A DNA stretch of 64,000 bases from Podarcis bocagei (taxonomy: Eukaryota), in the NCBI GenBank assembly GCA_964188305.1, contig OZ076887.1; one strand, given 5' to 3'. This document shows positions 49,977 through 61,873 of this stretch, piece after piece. The position numbers and the translations under genes were made by a program. The notes beneath the pieces are model-generated. The model saw only the letters and a program-made list of their open reading frames with translations. It made no database searches and was not told where the DNA came from. Every line of letters starts with the position of its first letter. The stretch's first letter is position 1.

Positions 49977-52725
49977 TCCTTAAGTTAAACAAACAGGGTT
50001 TTTTTTTCAAGGATAGTTTCCATCTATAAAATGAACAAAGTACAAGCTCTGTACAGCAGATTTTAAAGAACCAACTGAAACGACAGTTTCCAAATGACAT
50101 CTGATTTGCAAAACAAAATTCACATGTACCCCCATCATTTTTGCTTTGAAGACACTCAAGATAAGGTTAGCACAGAGATTTGTTTCCAAGTCTCCTAGTG
50201 ATTTATTATAAAAGGAAGAGGGGTGGGGGTGGGGGAGAGATGTTGGCTACTTCTGATACCCAAGGTCAATATCTGCCACTGACTGCAACTGCACACCCTC
50301 CGTTCATGTCAAAGGTTTTCACACAGTGCCCCTTAGTACACCCCACTGACAGAGGATCTGTGCAGCAGCAGTCGTTGGTGCATAGCACCAGAAATCCATA
50401 GACTTTAAAAAAAGGATGAAGTCACAGTAAATAACTTTGGCACACTGTGTCATGTAAACATAGCTAACTCCACATTACCATATTTCCATTCTCATCCATC
50501 ACCCACAATTTGCGGTCTCAGCATGGAGATACTGTCTGCGTAGGATCTCTAGAATTTTAAGAACATATTCTCATTTTATAATACATAGACGACATTAGAG
50601 TTTCTGGAGTGGGGAGATATTATTAATAAAACTTACTAGCAACTCTGGTTAGGTTAACAGTCAAGGCAGCAAACTCCTATTATTTCAGAAAACAGCAGCT
50701 GATTTGCCTGCTAGCTTTTAAATCACAAGAAAAAAATGTTAATATTTTAGCTCCCCTTCATTAAGTTCTTTTCCCAGAAGCGCTGGATCATAACCAGTTG
50801 GCTGTATAGTTGTGAGTTGAATGCATAGTCCCTCAAATATTAAAATATCACCATCTTCACCGTCACTAATATTTTTCATGTCAAGTGTTGGGTGGCTGAA
50901 AATAAAGCGAATCTTGAAAAACTCGAGTCCAAAGTTTCTCTCTCTTTGTTGCCAAGGTCGTATGTAAATAGGATATACATGGGAACTTGCAGTGTGGGAG
51001 AAGGAAATTTGGTCTGGAAGAGGATTATATGCACAAATCCACATTCAAGGAAAAAGCAATGTGGATTCAAACCATGTAGAATTCATATGACATCTGTGAA
51101 TACTACCTGCAGAGATCACAAGCATGTCATATAACAGTTTATCAGCCTGTTTTAAACCAGTACTGCAAATGTCAAAGCCTTTGTGTCAATGGAAGAATTT
51201 TGTGGAAAATACTGCAGCTATAGGGGAAAATACAGTTTATGGAATACTCTTATGACCTATGTAGCTGGAAGAGAACACTGTCAAAACATGATTGCATAAT
51301 AATTTGTCTTTGTCCTTTGTAATCACCAGAGGGCACCGTTAAAATCTTACATAAGCTGTGTTTTTAAGAAGGGGGGGGGGTTTACAGGCAAAGACATCAG
51401 AGTAACCCCAGACATTACTTTGATATAAAAACAGCAGTTGGATTGAAATGGCTCCTTCCAATGTATTCAGAACATTTTCCTCCAGCCAAGTTTGAAACAC
51501 CAGTTTAAAACAGGACACAGGTGTAAAGAAAAAACCCAGACCATGATAACTCCCGCCCCCCAAAAGCAGAGGCGTGACAGCTGAAATGTTGATATTTAGT
51601 AGGTAGCTGCCCATGCTTCCACGAGAAGGCTATTGTGATCTTGTGCTGTCAGACAACTTTTTAAAAGGAGAAAAAGAAGCACATATTGATAAGAACACAA
51701 CCTGAAGACCAAACCCTCCTAGCTGCATTATTTTAAGAAGGCCAAACTATTTTTTTTAAGTAGCCCCAAATTGCCCAATACAAATACCAAGTTTATAGAT
51801 ATCCAGAGCACATGGCGTGAATTCCCCAACTGGAGGTGACAATGCTGGTGAGATGAAGCGTGCGAGCTCCTTTCTGCCATTTGATCACCCTCCTCTGCAG
51901 AGGTCCAACATTTCCCAGGAGGAAGCACAAAAAACAAAATAAAAAATAGGCACACTTCACAAAGCAGAAACATCCAGTGTTTGCATGAACACAACTCAGC
52001 AGCACAAACCTGCATCTTCACAAAGTTTTGTTCTTCTACCAACTGTCCAGTCCACTTCCCAGAAAAGTGTTAAATTGCTTTTCTTTGTTCTGTTTGTCTT
52101 GTTTTGTTTTTTGGATAAATTACAGGATGATGAAAAATTGATAGAAAGTTGAAAATTTCGACAATATATATTTTTTATATATATTTATATATAAACATAT
52201 ATAATGTTTATATTTAAGAGTTCTGTCATAGAAAAGTCCATGGTGAAATATACCAAGTACACATGGCAAAAACCTTCAAAATGCTTTGATTTCTGGAAAC
52301 CACGAACACTGATTTCTATGTAAAATGGAGACTGCCAATGATCTTCTCCAAACCATTTGCTTCCCTCCCCATCAGTCCCTCCCTCCCTCCCTCTCCCCCA
52401 CCCTCCCCCTCTTCTGTGTGTTGAAAGCAGTTTCCTGCTACTGTACATCTGTTTTTCCTAGGAATCTTAGTCATCTGCTGTGGAAGGATTTAGCTTGATG
52501 CCGGAAAGGAACTGGTGAGCCTTTGCGGTGGAAGGGAGCGAGTCGTGCAGCAGCTACGTCTGACCAGGCAATGGCACGGTCCCCAGCTCACTTGCTTCCC
52601 TTTTGTTCACTTGTCGCCTACTTTCAGACAAAGATGGAATACTGAGGTATATAAAGTATCAGTAATGCAATCAAAATGTTGCCCAAGGTTTCGGAAAGGG
52701 GAACAGTCCTCCTGAGCAAGCCCTA

Positions 52726-52881
52726 CTACTGCTGCAGGTTCAGTGTGAACTTCCACTGCTGCGATAGCGAGGGGTTGCAGACTTCAACCGTCAGACCACC
52801 GTTTTTGGCATTTCGGCTGTCTAAGCAGAGGTTACTGCCCACGTGCCTCAGTTTCGCATTGCTTTCAATTTGTTCCCATTT
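52726..52881 (-). CDS. GALNT2: GALNT2 terminal coding exon (CDS part; stop TAG followed by a second TAG)
   Basis: Acceptor ttcttcTAG. Encodes [51 protein letters not shown], the GALNT2 C-terminus. Confidence 0.97.
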   Translation of the reverse strand, partial: KWEQIESNAKLRHVGSNLCLDSRNAKNGGLTVEVCNPSLSQQWKFTLNLQQ

Positions 52882-53322
52882 CTAGAAGAAGAAGAAAATT
52901 TAAAAAGTTATTCCACTTAGAGAAATGTTGATTTTAAAAGCCAGTATTTTCTAGGGTTATTTTGTCTACCATCTATTTTCCTTACGGCAAAGAATTGCAA
53001 CTCCTTAAAGTCATTACTGTTAAATTTGCTTTGCAAACCCGCTGTGGCTGTAAATTTTCCTTTAGCATTGTCCATGCAAACTTCCCAAATGGAAGCTGAA
53101 AGCCCCTGGTATACTGGAGTGGGAGATTAAATGCTGGGAGGTGAATGAAACCTAAGGATTTAGTTACACTAGAGAGCTTGCTGTAAGAAAGGCCAGCCAT
53201 TAGTTCTACTGTTTGTGGACTGCTCTCCCCAGGGAGGCTTACCTGGCACCTTCATTATATACCTTTAGGCGCCAGGCAAAAACATTCCTTTTCAACCAGG
53301 CCTTTGGCTGAATAACATCTTA

Positions 53323-53606
53323 TCTCCACCCCCATCGTTCAGTGAGATCCAGTGCCGAGGGCCTTCTGGCGGTTCCCTCATTACAAGAAGTGAGGTTACA
53401 GGAAAGGACCTTCTCAGTAGTGGCACCCGCCCTATGAAAGGCCCTCCCAACAGATGTCAAGGAAATAAGCAACTATCTTACTTTTAAAAGACATCTGGAA
53501 GCAGCCCTGTTTAGGGAAGTTTTTAATATTTAATACTGTATTGTTTTTAACACTTGATTGGGAGCTGCCCAGAGTGGCTGGGGAAACTCAGCCAGATGGG
53601 CGGGGT

Positions 53607-53650
<44 letters not shown>
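53323..53650 (+). mobile_element. L2-like LINE 3' end with (AAT)n tail (a second, older L2 piece at about 53190-53310)
   Basis: ...ccttctcagtagtggcacccgccctatg...agcagccctgtttagggaagt...gctgcccagagtggctggggaaactcagccagatgggcggggta followed by an (AAT)n tail. Confidence 0.7.
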
Positions 53651-53652
<2 letters not shown>

Positions 53653-53776
53653 TGTGTTTGTGGGAGTGGCTGAGGGGGTTATTGTTTTGTTTTTATTATG
53701 TATTTATTGTTTTATGTTGCATTTATATGCTGTGAACTTCCCTAAGATCAACCTATGAAGGGCGTTATACGACGAC

Positions 53777-53889
53777 TGTTGTTGTTTAGTCGTTTAGTCA
53801 TGTCCAACTCTTCGTGATCCCATGGACCAGAGCATGCCAGGCACTCCTGTCTCCACTGCCTCCTGCAGTTTGGTCAAACTCATGTTAGT
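53777..53889 (-). mobile_element. Short BovB 3' fragment, followed by (TAC)n at 53892-53923
   Basis: Reverse complement of the 12020-12134 BovB end, including the (CAA)n tail. Confidence 0.88.
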
Positions 53890-53890
53890 A

Positions 53891-53923
<33 letters not shown>

Positions 53924-54142
53924 AATGAGTCTCACAGCAGCCAATCCAATGGGCAAAGTGATTCAGTGACACAAACCCAACACTGCTCTACTGCCAGAAA
54001 TCCAGCAGACATATATAATATCCTATGGAAAGGTAGGTGGCAGAACAAGGCACAGGGAAGAGGAATAAATATCTACAAGCGTGCACATGATATTGGTGTG
54101 CTCTCAGCCCTATTTGCACATGGCTGTATTCTGTTTACTGAC

Positions 54143-54262
54143 CTGTCTACCATCATTTTCTCTACAGCCCTGAAGTTTTATGAGTGAGCCAGGAGCTCGG
54201 TCTACAACAGTAAGGCACAAATCCATATGTTTCACTGACTTGTCCTTTGTTAAGGCCCATTC
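54143..54262 (-). CDS. GALNT2: GALNT2 coding exon (exon 15 equivalent; 120 bp)
   Basis: Acceptor ctgttgCAG, donor GTCAGT. Encodes [40 protein letters not shown]. Confidence 0.97.
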
Positions 54263-54775
54263 CTGCAACAGAAAGGAAATGACACATAGTTATATTCGTG
54301 CAGAATGCTTGCAAAACATTTCATTTACCTGATAGTTACAAAATTCTTCTAATATGAGAAAAGGCTCTTACAAAGACAGAAGTGTCTGTTATGAAATGCG
54401 AATTGCTGATATTCCCCTCCCCCCCCATCTCTCTCTCTTTCTACCTAGGGAGAAACATTTGAGAACTCTGCCCCAATGATTTTAGATGGTGCTTTGGAAT
54501 CCAACATCAATCCTGGAATTGTGAATCTGGAAGTGCAATACTGCTTTTAAGATGAACTGGAGAGAGTTGTCCTATACTGCCCTCTGCTGGCAGTACAGCA
54601 CAACATCATACAGCTGGATCCTACCTTCCGGGAATACCTAAATGTATTGAATGAAATTTAAGGTTTTGCTTCACCCCTAAGAAAGTAAGAAACAGGAAAG
54701 ACTCACAGACAACGTTTGAACTGCCAGTGACATTTTATACCCATCTCTCTTATAAAACCTGTATTTCAGCATGTA

Positions 54776-55150
54776 AGGTAAAGATTGCCTGGGCAGTTAA
54801 GTCCAGTCAAAGGCAACTATCGGGTTGCGGCGCTCATCTTGCTTTTCAGGCTGAGAGAGCCAGCATTTGTCCATAGACAGCTTTCCAGGTCATGTGGCCA
54901 GCAGGACTAAACTGCTTCTGGTGCAACGGAACACAGTGACGGAAACCAGAGCGCACGGAAACAGTTTACCTTCCCGCCGCAGCAATACCTATTTATTTAC
55001 TTGCAGTGGTGTGCTTTTGAAGTACTAGTTCGGCAGAAGCTGGGACAGAGCAATGGGAGCTCACTCCGTTGCGGGGATTTGAACCGCCAACCTTCCAATC
55101 GGCAAGCCCAAGAGGCTCAGTGGTTTAGACCACAGCACCACCCGCGTCCC
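54776..55150 (-). mobile_element. Sauria SINE (subfamily A)
   Basis: Full-length reverse copy with a perfect 12-bp TSD tttcagcatgta (54764-54775 and 55151-55162). Confidence 0.92.
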
Positions 55151-56934
55151 TTTCAGCATGTACACCAGGCCATTTCTGATGACTATCGCCCACATAGGCA
55201 ATGCATATTGAGGGTCTCATTCCATCTCCAACTTGCCTTGAAGTGCAATTTCCCATTATTGGAGATGATCAAGATCGACCTCTCCACTAACTACACTGTA
55301 AGCACCCAGCTCTTCCATAGGAATATTTCAAATGCAGAACTGCAGCAGCGCCACTTCATTTTCAGTAGAGACACATGCAGCCTACTTCTGGGAAGTGGCA
55401 GCAACTGAAATCTGATTGTGCTAGGAGTCAGATTAGGACGAAGGCGCCACTGAGCAATTGACTTAACTAATGGGGTTTGGCAAAGAAGCCATTTGGTAAC
55501 AGTGTTTTAAAATGATTAATGTGCAAGTCAGCCCCTGAATAAAAATACTGAAAAACTATGTGAAGCATGAGATGTTAAAGGGTATTACAAGCATATCTTT
55601 CCCAAGTAGAAGGTTGTACGTTTAACGAACAATTATTCTTGGTTTTCATTCGATCAGCTTAATTTTATTTCCCACATGATCTGACATGCCTAAGTGGAGA
55701 CTTGCTCCTCAACTATTGGGGCAGCTTAAAGTATTTCCAAAATGGAGCAACACATAGCGAATGGGGAGGGAGGGAGACAGACAGTGTGGAAAAGGATTTA
55801 GGCAAAACAAATGTAGAAAAAAGGCTGTGGAAGAAAAAAGCAGGCTAGGCTTGAGGGAAAGGAGGGCTGCAGAGAATGAGGGCTTCTGAGTTGCAGGCAG
55901 CATGGGTAGCCAAGAGGAGAATGGAACAAGGAGGAGGCATTTAATGAATGGCTGCAGTTAGAAAAAGATAAAATTATCAAGCTTAAGGTGAAGTAAGGGC
56001 CAGGAGCTAGAGGAAAGCATTCTGCTTTGAAAAAAAGGCCAGAGTGATCTGAATTGTGGGAGCTGCCTACTTTCCTTAAGTTCCACTCCTGCCTTTGACC
56101 ACAAGATGGAGCCATTCCCAAACAATGACCTTCACAAGCCAAGGGAGAAAAGGCAACTGAAGTTGCAGCGCTAAGTTGCAAGATGAGAACAATTTGACTG
56201 CAACTCTGCTGCAAAAGATGACCGCAGGTACTTAATACATCCATTGCTTGAGGGCTGTTGTGTACCAGAATCCAGGCTATTTTGTCTGGATTCAGTTTAG
56301 GGCACACTCCACTTCCCCTTCAGCCTAGGGAATTTGTGCTCCTGTAGCCATGCCAGATATTTTATTTCTTTTCACTCAGCCAAACTATCCCCCATGCACG
56401 GCATGGGATATGGAAATAAATACCTAAGTTTATTGACATCACCTCTGCACATCATCTCAAAGTGAAGCAAAAAGGCATGAATTTTGAAAATGTCAGCTTT
56501 GTGTCTCTCGTTTAAGGCACCATTTCATTGGTAGCTGTTTAATTATGTTTAACCCTGAGGTTCAAGAGCTGTTAATGGAAATCCGTGTTCTAAAAGGAAG
56601 AATGTCTTTCTCACATGCATATACACTCAACCCATTCATTCACCCACCTTATCCTCAACATGAAAAGAAAAATGCTTGCAGGCCAAGTCTCAGAAGGATG
56701 AAGTAATACTTCAAATGTCTATATGTTAAGTTTCTGTATCTGCACAAACAATGAGAAGTTAAGCCTATTTACAGCCCACAAAAGTTAAATTATCCAGTAT
56801 CCTTTTGTTTGTCGTGTCATATCTCCTTAACACAAACGGAAATTCACAAAGCCATATTTGGCAAACGTCAGAAGGAAAGGTGAGAAAACACCATTTAACA
56901 ATGAATTTCCAAATAGGCAGGTCTAAAAGACTTA

Positions 56935-57252
<318 letters not shown>

Positions 57253-58145
57253 CTACTCTATGTTTGAGTAAAATTCAGAAGCAACACAATGCAGTTCTTT
57301 TCTAGAGCTTTCCTGTTGGTAGCTCTCTCAACCTCCACCAAAACTGCATTTTAAATTCCCCTGGATTTGAAGATAAATGACACAACAGCAGCCAACTGCA
57401 CCACAGGAAGTTTTCCAATAAGCAGGTCTTCAAACACAGTTATGGAGGTACAGCAGAGAGCAGAAAAATACTCAATGTGCTGTGCATCTCTCTGCCTTTT
57501 ATCCTTTAATAGAGGCATTCAAAATATTCTTTCAAAGCCCTTTCTCCCCATAACACACCTGATGAAGCAGCTAAAATAAACTGAACTGCATCCAGAATGA
57601 CAATTGACAAGAGATGAGAAATTACTTCACACTGATCTGGTTTAAAGTACTGTCAGGGCAGAAACTCCCTTAACTAAACATGAATTAGTTATTCCTCAAT
57701 GTCTTTTCACCCCACCCTGTTAAATTCACATTTATATGCACAATAGGAAAAACAGGGATTCTATCTACTTTAGTAATTATGAGTATGAAATAAGGAGTTG
57801 ATAAGAAATAAGGAGTTCCAGATTATTTCCCTAGAAGTGACCACACATAGAAGAAAAAAATTTATCCATGTGACTTTTATATAGTATGGGAAATACATGG
57901 CTTGAACCAGAAACTTTGTGGTTGGGGCCCAGTCTAGTAAGCCATCTGGGTTTGTATATTCCAATCTTCAGCTGCTTTTTAGGTGCAGATGGGAATAGGG
58001 ACATGAAATGTTAGCTTTTGTGATTGGCAAGCAGCGGCTGGCCTCTGAAGCAGCCTCCTATTCCAGCCTAGGCCAAATGGCAGAAAGGCAACTTTGCTTC
58101 CCCTCCCGGCCAACGGTACAGGACACCACTTTGAGCTCCTTAGAT

Positions 58146-58281
58146 CAGGCATAGGCAAACTTGGCCCTCCAGGTGTTTTGAGCCTACAATTCCCATCATC
58201 CCTGACCACTGGTCCTGCTAGCTAGGGATCATGGGAGTTGCAGGCCAAAAACATCTGGAGGGCCAAGTTTGAGGAAGCCTG
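58146..58281. mobile_element. Short palindromic hAT MITE
   Basis: CAGGCATAGGCAAACTTGGCCCTCCAG ... CTGGAGGGCCAAGTTTGAGGAAGCCTG; perfect 8-bp TSD ccttagat. Confidence 0.9.
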
Positions 58282-58563
58282 CCTTAGATGAAAGGTAGGA
58301 TAGAAATGAAATAAATAAACAAACAAACAAACATGTAAATGCTATGTGTTGTGTTTTTAGTTTATGTGGATTTACAAAAGCAGCAAACCTATTCCTAGCA
58401 ACACTGTCACACTTGATGTACAAGCTGCATTTTGAAGGTATTAAAACAGATGGACCAAAGTCACAAAATAAAAGTTAAATGAGGAAAGGATAGTCATTGT
58501 CCCCACTCCCCAATTTGCTGAAAAGCAACAGCAAACATCATTTGTATAAAATAGATGACTCAC

Positions 58564-58647
58564 CTTAGCTCAGGGTACACATTTTCAAGATACCATTTGA
58601 AAGGTTTGCAGTTAAGTCTCCTTCTCAACTCCATTCGGCTTTGAATA
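58564..58647 (-). CDS. GALNT2: GALNT2 coding exon (exon 13 equivalent; 84 bp)
   Basis: Acceptor tctcaaTAG, donor GTGAGT. Encodes [27 protein letters not shown](R). Confidence 0.97.
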
Positions 58648-59390
58648 CTATTGAGAGAAACAGTGTTTATCAGCTATATTTAAATTGGCACAATCTAAAA
58701 AGAACCATTGGTTCCTATCTCAAGGGTAGTTCTGTGTTGCTGGACGAAGAGCATCACTCAGGGTGCCACCTTGTGGTCAAAGGCAGAAAAGAGAACTTGA
58801 GGGAAAGCTCCCAGAGTCCTAGCCAAGCTCCAACAGGTTGCTTAGACAAGACACAGAAACATACACCGAAAGAACAAATGCCCACTTCCCTAACAGTAAC
58901 TAAATGGGAAAAGCATGTTAAGCTGGATAAACTATGGTGATTAATTGCAGCAGCCCAAAACAGGGCGAGACCTGATGCCCCTCACCCAGCAACACTGAAC
59001 TACCTTTCAAGCGTGAACCAACGCTTCTTTCTCTTGTTGCTGGAGAAGAGCTTCAGTGAGGAACATGTTAAATAGAAAGTATGAGGTTTGTTCTTCCACC
59101 CAAGATCCCTCACTCCACTCCCCTGGGTCATATTCGGGGTTAACGAAGGGATCCAGTGAGCCCAACGCTGGTGCTAGAGAAGGGTGTTGCAATAATGGAT
59201 AAATATTAGCTGTCCCTTGGGAAATGTCAAAAGGGTTACGGGAGTCTGGAGCAAGTTCAGCCCAATGTGGAGGCTTAATGTGGATGGGAGACCCTTTTGT
59301 TGTGGAGCTGTGACTGATCACACTGTCCGTTCTGTGAAGGCAAGACAGAAGTAGGTTTTGCCACAGGCAAGTCAGAAAGGATAGCAGTAA

Positions 59391-59669
59391 TGTGACCCCT
59401 TAGCTCCACATACGTATCTGCCAACAAAGCTTACTTTATTTGTTGTGAGAATGTCAGTAGTAAGCTGAAAGATAGGAGCCTGAGAAGCAGTTTGTAGAGC
59501 GCTTCAAGCAGGGATTTTATTGGGCACAGAAGGCTGAACGGACTGAATAGAGGGATGCAGAGAAGGGTGAAGGAGTTAAAAAACAAGAACACAAAACCAT
59601 AAACTGCCCATCCTCAGAGGACCGGGGAGAATGCAAAACCTCTAAAAGGGAACGCTACGAGTTGTCACA
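59391..59669 (-). mobile_element. Probable solo LTR (279 bp)
   Basis: Termini TGTGAC ... GTCACA (6-bp inverted), flanks cagtaa / cagtat, minus-strand AATAAA about 45 nt from the 3' end. Confidence 0.5.
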
Positions 59670-60187
59670 CAGTATCCTTAAGCCCTCACTCTTTATAAGG
59701 AAAGGGGCAGTCACTAGCCTCAGTCAGGAGGTCTGAGTGCTGCTAGGAGGCATTCCTAGATAATAAGAGTAATTGGCTTCACATCCATTTGCCGCTTCCC
59801 CTACAGAAGCCTCAATGGCTTTCAGGTTTTGTGTTGCTCCGCAGATTACAGGTTGGTTAGTGCCACCTGAGGCCACATTCTCTGGCTAGCCGACTACCAC
59901 TAGAGCAGCAAGGAGGAGCCTGAGAGGCCAGGAAGCAAAGTTCCCTTAAGGGAGAGAGCTAGGTGCAGAAAATTCTGGATTCTGGGAGCTTCCCTCAAAT
60001 CTTTCTTATCTTTGACCATAAGGTGGGACTGAAACCTTCACTGATGCCCTTCTCTGGAGACATGTGAAATTGTATTTCTATAGTCAACGATACTTTTAGC
60101 ATTAACTTTATAATATTTTAAATCCAGGCCAGCTCCGAAAGGCAATCTCAAAACGCACTAACAATAGGAAAGGAGTAATTACACTTA

Positions 60188-60307
<120 letters not shown>

Positions 60308-60429
60308 TTATTTTTCCTCTTATTAATGTGGCAGGGTCCTTATTCCCTTCCTATCTGAGTACCGCAGATCCTTGAACATTAAAGATGCTGCAGGAACCAA
60401 AATAATAGACAAGTTTCATTCTTCCCCTC

Positions 60430-61420
60430 CTTTAGGTCATGATCTTGCTCAAAAAAATGAGGATCTTCCTTCTCCATTGACCAAGCGTTTGTAGAAAAAC
60501 TGATTTCTGTGCTGTTGTCAGTAAGATACATTTTGAGGTTAACATGTTCACAAGTAGCACGACATGTTCCTTTCCAATTTGTCTTTTTATTGCTCCCAGT
60601 AATATTGTTTGAGGATTCATTTTGATCTCATGTCCTACTATACTTCTGATACACTTAGCATCTGATCAGTGTTGGCTAACCCAAGGACCTTGATACCAAA
60701 TATGGGCATATGTGCACTCTTCCTCTTTTATACTAACAACTCTGACATATTCGGCTACATTTTGACTCCCAATTTTTTCTCGTTGCCATAGAAACATGCT
60801 GAAATCCAAAGACCTTTATTAATTCAATATGTATTGATTCATGCTCACTGGAATTTATTCAAAACCTTCTATTTTATCTTAACAGGCAATAAAATAAACA
60901 TTATTGCTGGAAGTACTTACACAAATATTTGGCAATATACTTTCATTTTTCTGACTACTGCCCTTCCTAACCATGAAAATGGTAGCTAGGTAGGCCTAAC
61001 TAGTCATGTTCACCTTTGCTTTTTCTACACTGGCCTGAAATTAACTTCTAAAAGATTTGCTGTATCAGTGAGATCAACCCCTAAACCTTCTAACTACAAT
61101 TAGGACTTGTCACATTTTCAATGGTTGGTTGGTTTGATCATCGATACTGGTAATATCGGAATTCCCTAAATTGATTTTGTATCCCAGCACTTTTCTATAA
61201 TATGGTTACTTTCTTCAACAACCTTTTCGACTGATGTCATTGGTCTTTGAAGGAGAAAAACTATACCACCAGTGTAGCACAGAATTTTTGCCCCATACCA
61301 GGGAATGTTTGCTAAAGGTTAGCTCATTTAGTTATTCTGACAGTAGTTTAAGCTGCAAAGACTTTTTAAAAGCCTCAATAGCATTTTACTCTTTGATAAA
61401 GAGCTCAGCCAGCTAATTAT
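60430..61420 (-). mobile_element. Old L1-like LINE remnant
   Basis: A-rich minus strand. NPQTILLG...MLTSKCILLTTAQK...QWRRKIL resembles the L1 ORF2 C-terminal region. Heavily decayed. Confidence 0.4.
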
Positions 61421-61474
61421 AAGCTAATCATCTTTGGTTCCATTGGTTTACTTAAAACAATCTCTTGACCATTA

Positions 61475-61873
<399 letters not shown>

